Assembly (NCBI GenBank): GCA_038141355.1
Contig: JAYQHX010000002.1
Coordinates: 933,900 to 997,899 of the forward strand
Direction: 5' to 3'
Length of the DNA: 64,000 bases
DNA from: Methanobacteriota archaeon
Lineage (GTDB): Archaea; Thermoplasmatota; Poseidoniia; Poseidoniales; Poseidoniaceae
Below are positions 61,602-64,000 of the stretch, piece after piece. Every line of letters begins with the position of its first letter. Position 1 is the first letter of the stretch. The position numbers and the translations under genes were made by a program. The notes beneath the pieces were generated by a model that worked only from the letters and a program-made list of their open reading frames with translations, did no database searches and was not told where the DNA came from.

Positions 61602-63089
61602 TCAGTTCCAATCATCATCATCCTCAGTCGCATCCGTAATTTCCTGCCTTTGTTTTTTAGTCCATTTTGGTAAATCACTAGCTGCTGGATTTCCTTTGCG
61701 AATGAAGAAGAAAATCATAATGCCACCAATTGCCACAAGCAAAATAATAGATGCAAGTAATGTGAGGCGATTATTATCTTCCGCAGATTCGATAGATTCT
61801 ACGACCAAATCAAAATTTTTACTATGAATTGCACCATCATCGTCTTCAATCTCTAATCGTATTGTATAAGTTCCCGGATCTAAATCAGCAATTGTATAAT
61901 TTTCATTTTCTGAAACCAAAGATTCATCCAAATACCATTTGTAGTTCATCGCTAATTTGTCAGATTCTGTATCGATTACTTCTGCACTCAATTCATGAGA
62001 TTCACCAGTTGTAGTTTCCCATTTTTCAGTTAGTGATACATTTAATCCATCAATTTCAAAATTGAACTCTGGAGGTAGGTTTTCGATTACAATTTCAACC
62101 GATTTAGATGCTGTTCTGCCTACTGAATCAAAGACATCTAGTTTTACTGTATAGGTTCCAGATGATTGAGGAACGAAGGTGTGGGTTAGTTTTTGAGTTC
62201 CTCCATTATCAATTACATTTAATGTTCCATCCGGCTGAGTGATGTACCACAGTGTCTGTAACTTATTGCCCCAAACTCCATCCCTTGAACCACTACCATC
62301 AATGAATAATTCTTCTCCTTCGTATGCTGTCAAAACTGCAATTAAATCAACGACAGGATCGGTTCTATCAACAAAAATTGTCGTTTCGATAATTGGAGAA
62401 TCCCGTAAAAACTCATCTTGAAGATAATACACAATGTTCCACCTTCCATCAAATAGATCTAATTCTGTAGCGTTTAGTGTGAAGGAATATGACTCTTCAT
62501 CCCAAGACATCGTCATGTCAGATGTATACGTCTGATTAGTACATGCTCCTTGGGGTGAATGACACCAACTGATTTTGATTTTCGATTGTTCGAGAATTCC
62601 AGTCGAAAGGTAGACATTACCGTGCAATTCTACGTTTTCGTCAAGATAAATATTTGATTCGTGTTTTGGAGATATTACTGGATTATGAGGCCCTTCTCCA
62701 ATGAATAAAATACGATTGAAGAAAATCTTGTCAAGTTCTAACGGCTGGTTTACCTCCAACCAGCAAGTACAGTTTAAACCCGTGACGTTTACTTCAATAT
62801 ACCATATCCAAATTCCTTCATCGACGGGAACAACAGAAGAAAAATAGTCTCCACTAACAACAACAGTCCATTCTTCATACGGGTCAGTGACATTGTAGAT
62901 TACCCATTCAGCATTTTGAGGATTAATGGTTGTTGAACCAGATATATTGAGGGTTTCATTAATCCATGTCCCATTAGGCATTGGACTAGTTATTTCCTCA
63001 TCTTCTGATATCGCAGAACCAGTTTCAACAATAGTCAAACAAATTATCGCAAGTGTTAGAGTAATACTAACTCGCAATAAACTCTTCAT
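61602..63089 (-). CDS. secreted surface protein with C-terminal TM anchor and acidic tail (PKD/Ig-like domains likely)
   Basis: Signal peptide, many NxS/T sequons, C-terminal LLASIILLVAIGGIMIFFFI helix then a charged tail. Confidence 0.6.
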   Translation of the reverse strand: MKSLLRVSITLTLAIICLTIVETGSAISEDEEITSPMPNGTWINETLNISGSTTINPQNAEWVIYNVTDPYEEWTVVVSGDYFSSVVPVDEGIWIWYIEVNVTGLNCTCWLEVNQPLELDKIFFNRILFIGEGPHNPVISPKHESNIYLDENVELHGNVYLSTGILEQSKIKISWCHSPQGACTNQTYTSDMTMSWDEESYSFTLNATELDLFDGRWNIVYYLQDEFLRDSPIIETTIFVDRTDPVVDLIAVLTAYEGEELFIDGSGSRDGVWGNKLQTLWYITQPDGTLNVIDNGGTQKLTHTFVPQSSGTYTVKLDVFDSVGRTASKSVEIVIENLPPEFNFEIDGLNVSLTEKWETTTGESHELSAEVIDTESDKLAMNYKWYLDESLVSENENYTIADLDPGTYTIRLEIEDDDGAIHSKNFDLVVESIESAEDNNRLTLLASIILLVAIGGIMIFFFIRKGNPAASDLPKWTKKQRQEITDATEDDDDWN

Positions 63090-63092
63090 TTA

Positions 63093-64000
63093 CTACTCCT
63101 CAAATGCATTACAGAGTTGTCCTTGTGTTGGGAAACTGTTAATGTCACGAGGATTGGTGTCCCACTTGTACTCACAATAGTTGATGTGACCGTCACCATC
63201 TGTATCGACCATTCTGTCAGCGGAATCATATGGGTCGAAATTGAAGTAATATTCCCAACCTGTGGCCATTCCATCCTCATCGTGGTCTTGATAGTAAACT
63301 TCTGGGCCATCATTCCAGTCGTCACCGTCTGTGTCGTTCTTAACCGGATTTGTACCATTAACAAATTCTTCATAACTAGTGTAATTTTCTAAGTTATCAT
63401 AGAATGCTTTACCATCAGGCGTATCAGGATTAATGTGGCAATTACTAGATGATGGATCATCATAAGAAGGACAATATTTAGCAATCAAACCAGAGCGATT
63501 CAAACCATCATTATCTGGGTCTTCCATTCCATCATCTATACCATCACCATCAGAGTCTTTCAACGATGGGTCCATGATACCACGAGCCCCGCTTGCTCCG
63601 CCTGTTGTATTGTCATATAGACCTAAGTTGAGTGCCTGTTCGGAGTATTTAACCTCCCATCCATCAGGTAGCAAATCGCCATCTGTATCATCATCTACGG
63701 GATTAGTATTCCATCTATCTGGAGCTTCTGCACCATTTGCTAGAGTGTCGTTATCAATATCATAAGTATCATCTTTCAACGAATTTTCTGATGGGTCTAA
63801 GGCCCATCTGCCATTACATCCCCCACATAGTGGATTTGATGGTACAATGAAATTAGTCAAATTCATCTCATGTACTTCATATTTCTTCTCAAGGATAAAT
63901 CCACCAAGCCAATTCTTCCACATGTAGCCACCTGATTCTAAACCACATTCGACCATTGAGTCACAACCTGGTGGAAGCCACAAATCTGTAGCAACCCACA
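63093..64000 (-). CDS. secreted protein with TSP type-3-like DxDxDG calcium-binding repeats; N-terminus lies beyond the window end
   Basis: DTDGDG, DSDGDGIDDGMEDPDNDG motifs. The ORF has no stop before the window edge. Confidence 0.55.
   Translation of the reverse strand, partial: WVATDLWLPPGCDSMVECGLESGGYMWKNWLGGFILEKKYEVHEMNLTNFIVPSNPLCGGCNGRWALDPSENSLKDDTYDIDNDTLANGAEAPDRWNTNPVDDDTDGDLLPDGWEVKYSEQALNLGLYDNTTGGASGARGIMDPSLKDSDGDGIDDGMEDPDNDGLNRSGLIAKYCPSYDDPSSSNCHINPDTPDGKAFYDNLENYTSYEEFVNGTNPVKNDTDGDDWNDGPEVYYQDHDEDGMATGWEYYFNFDPYDSADRMVDTDGDGHINYCEYKWDTNPRDINSFPTQGQLCNAFEE

Overview
This is a gene-dense, AT-rich (~38% GC) archaeal window with about 65 genes on both strands. The lineage guess (Thermoplasmatota / marine group II-III-like) rests on content: S17e/L31e/L39e/PDCD5-like/S19e ribosomal block, Kae1, tRNA-splicing endonuclease with archease, geranylgeranyl reductase, CxxxY-type CcmE, acidic zinc-ribbon proteins and large N-glycosylation-sequon-rich surface proteins with C-terminal TM anchors.

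Recognisable content:
- Histidine utilisation genes hutU-hutH, with hutI about 5 kb away on the opposite strand.
- Methylmalonyl-CoA mutase large subunit plus epimerase.
- A 7-deazaguanine (preQ0) cluster RHH-folE-queE-queC-queD in which QueC has lost its Zn-cysteines and carries a C-terminal MsrB domain.
- pntAA-pntAB-pntB transhydrogenase, LDH-like mdh, class 2 pyrD, type IA topoisomerase, tatC with an unusual C-terminal domain.
- Many peptidases: S15, M6, M24 and a DUF1796-like protein.
- A tRNA-Val(GAC), a 50-aa zinc-ribbon gene missed by the ORF track, and an SRP (7S) RNA in a GC-rich island.
- Secreted or TSP3-repeat proteins, one a lipoprotein with a PNGase F-like N-glycanase domain. 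This is the most unusual item.

At least 10 conserved genes are broken by single-base frameshifts, most of them at homopolymer runs. This is far more likely sequencing or assembly error than biology, so gene models are given as merged spans with the frameshift sites noted. No CRISPR array, IS element or obvious defence island was seen.
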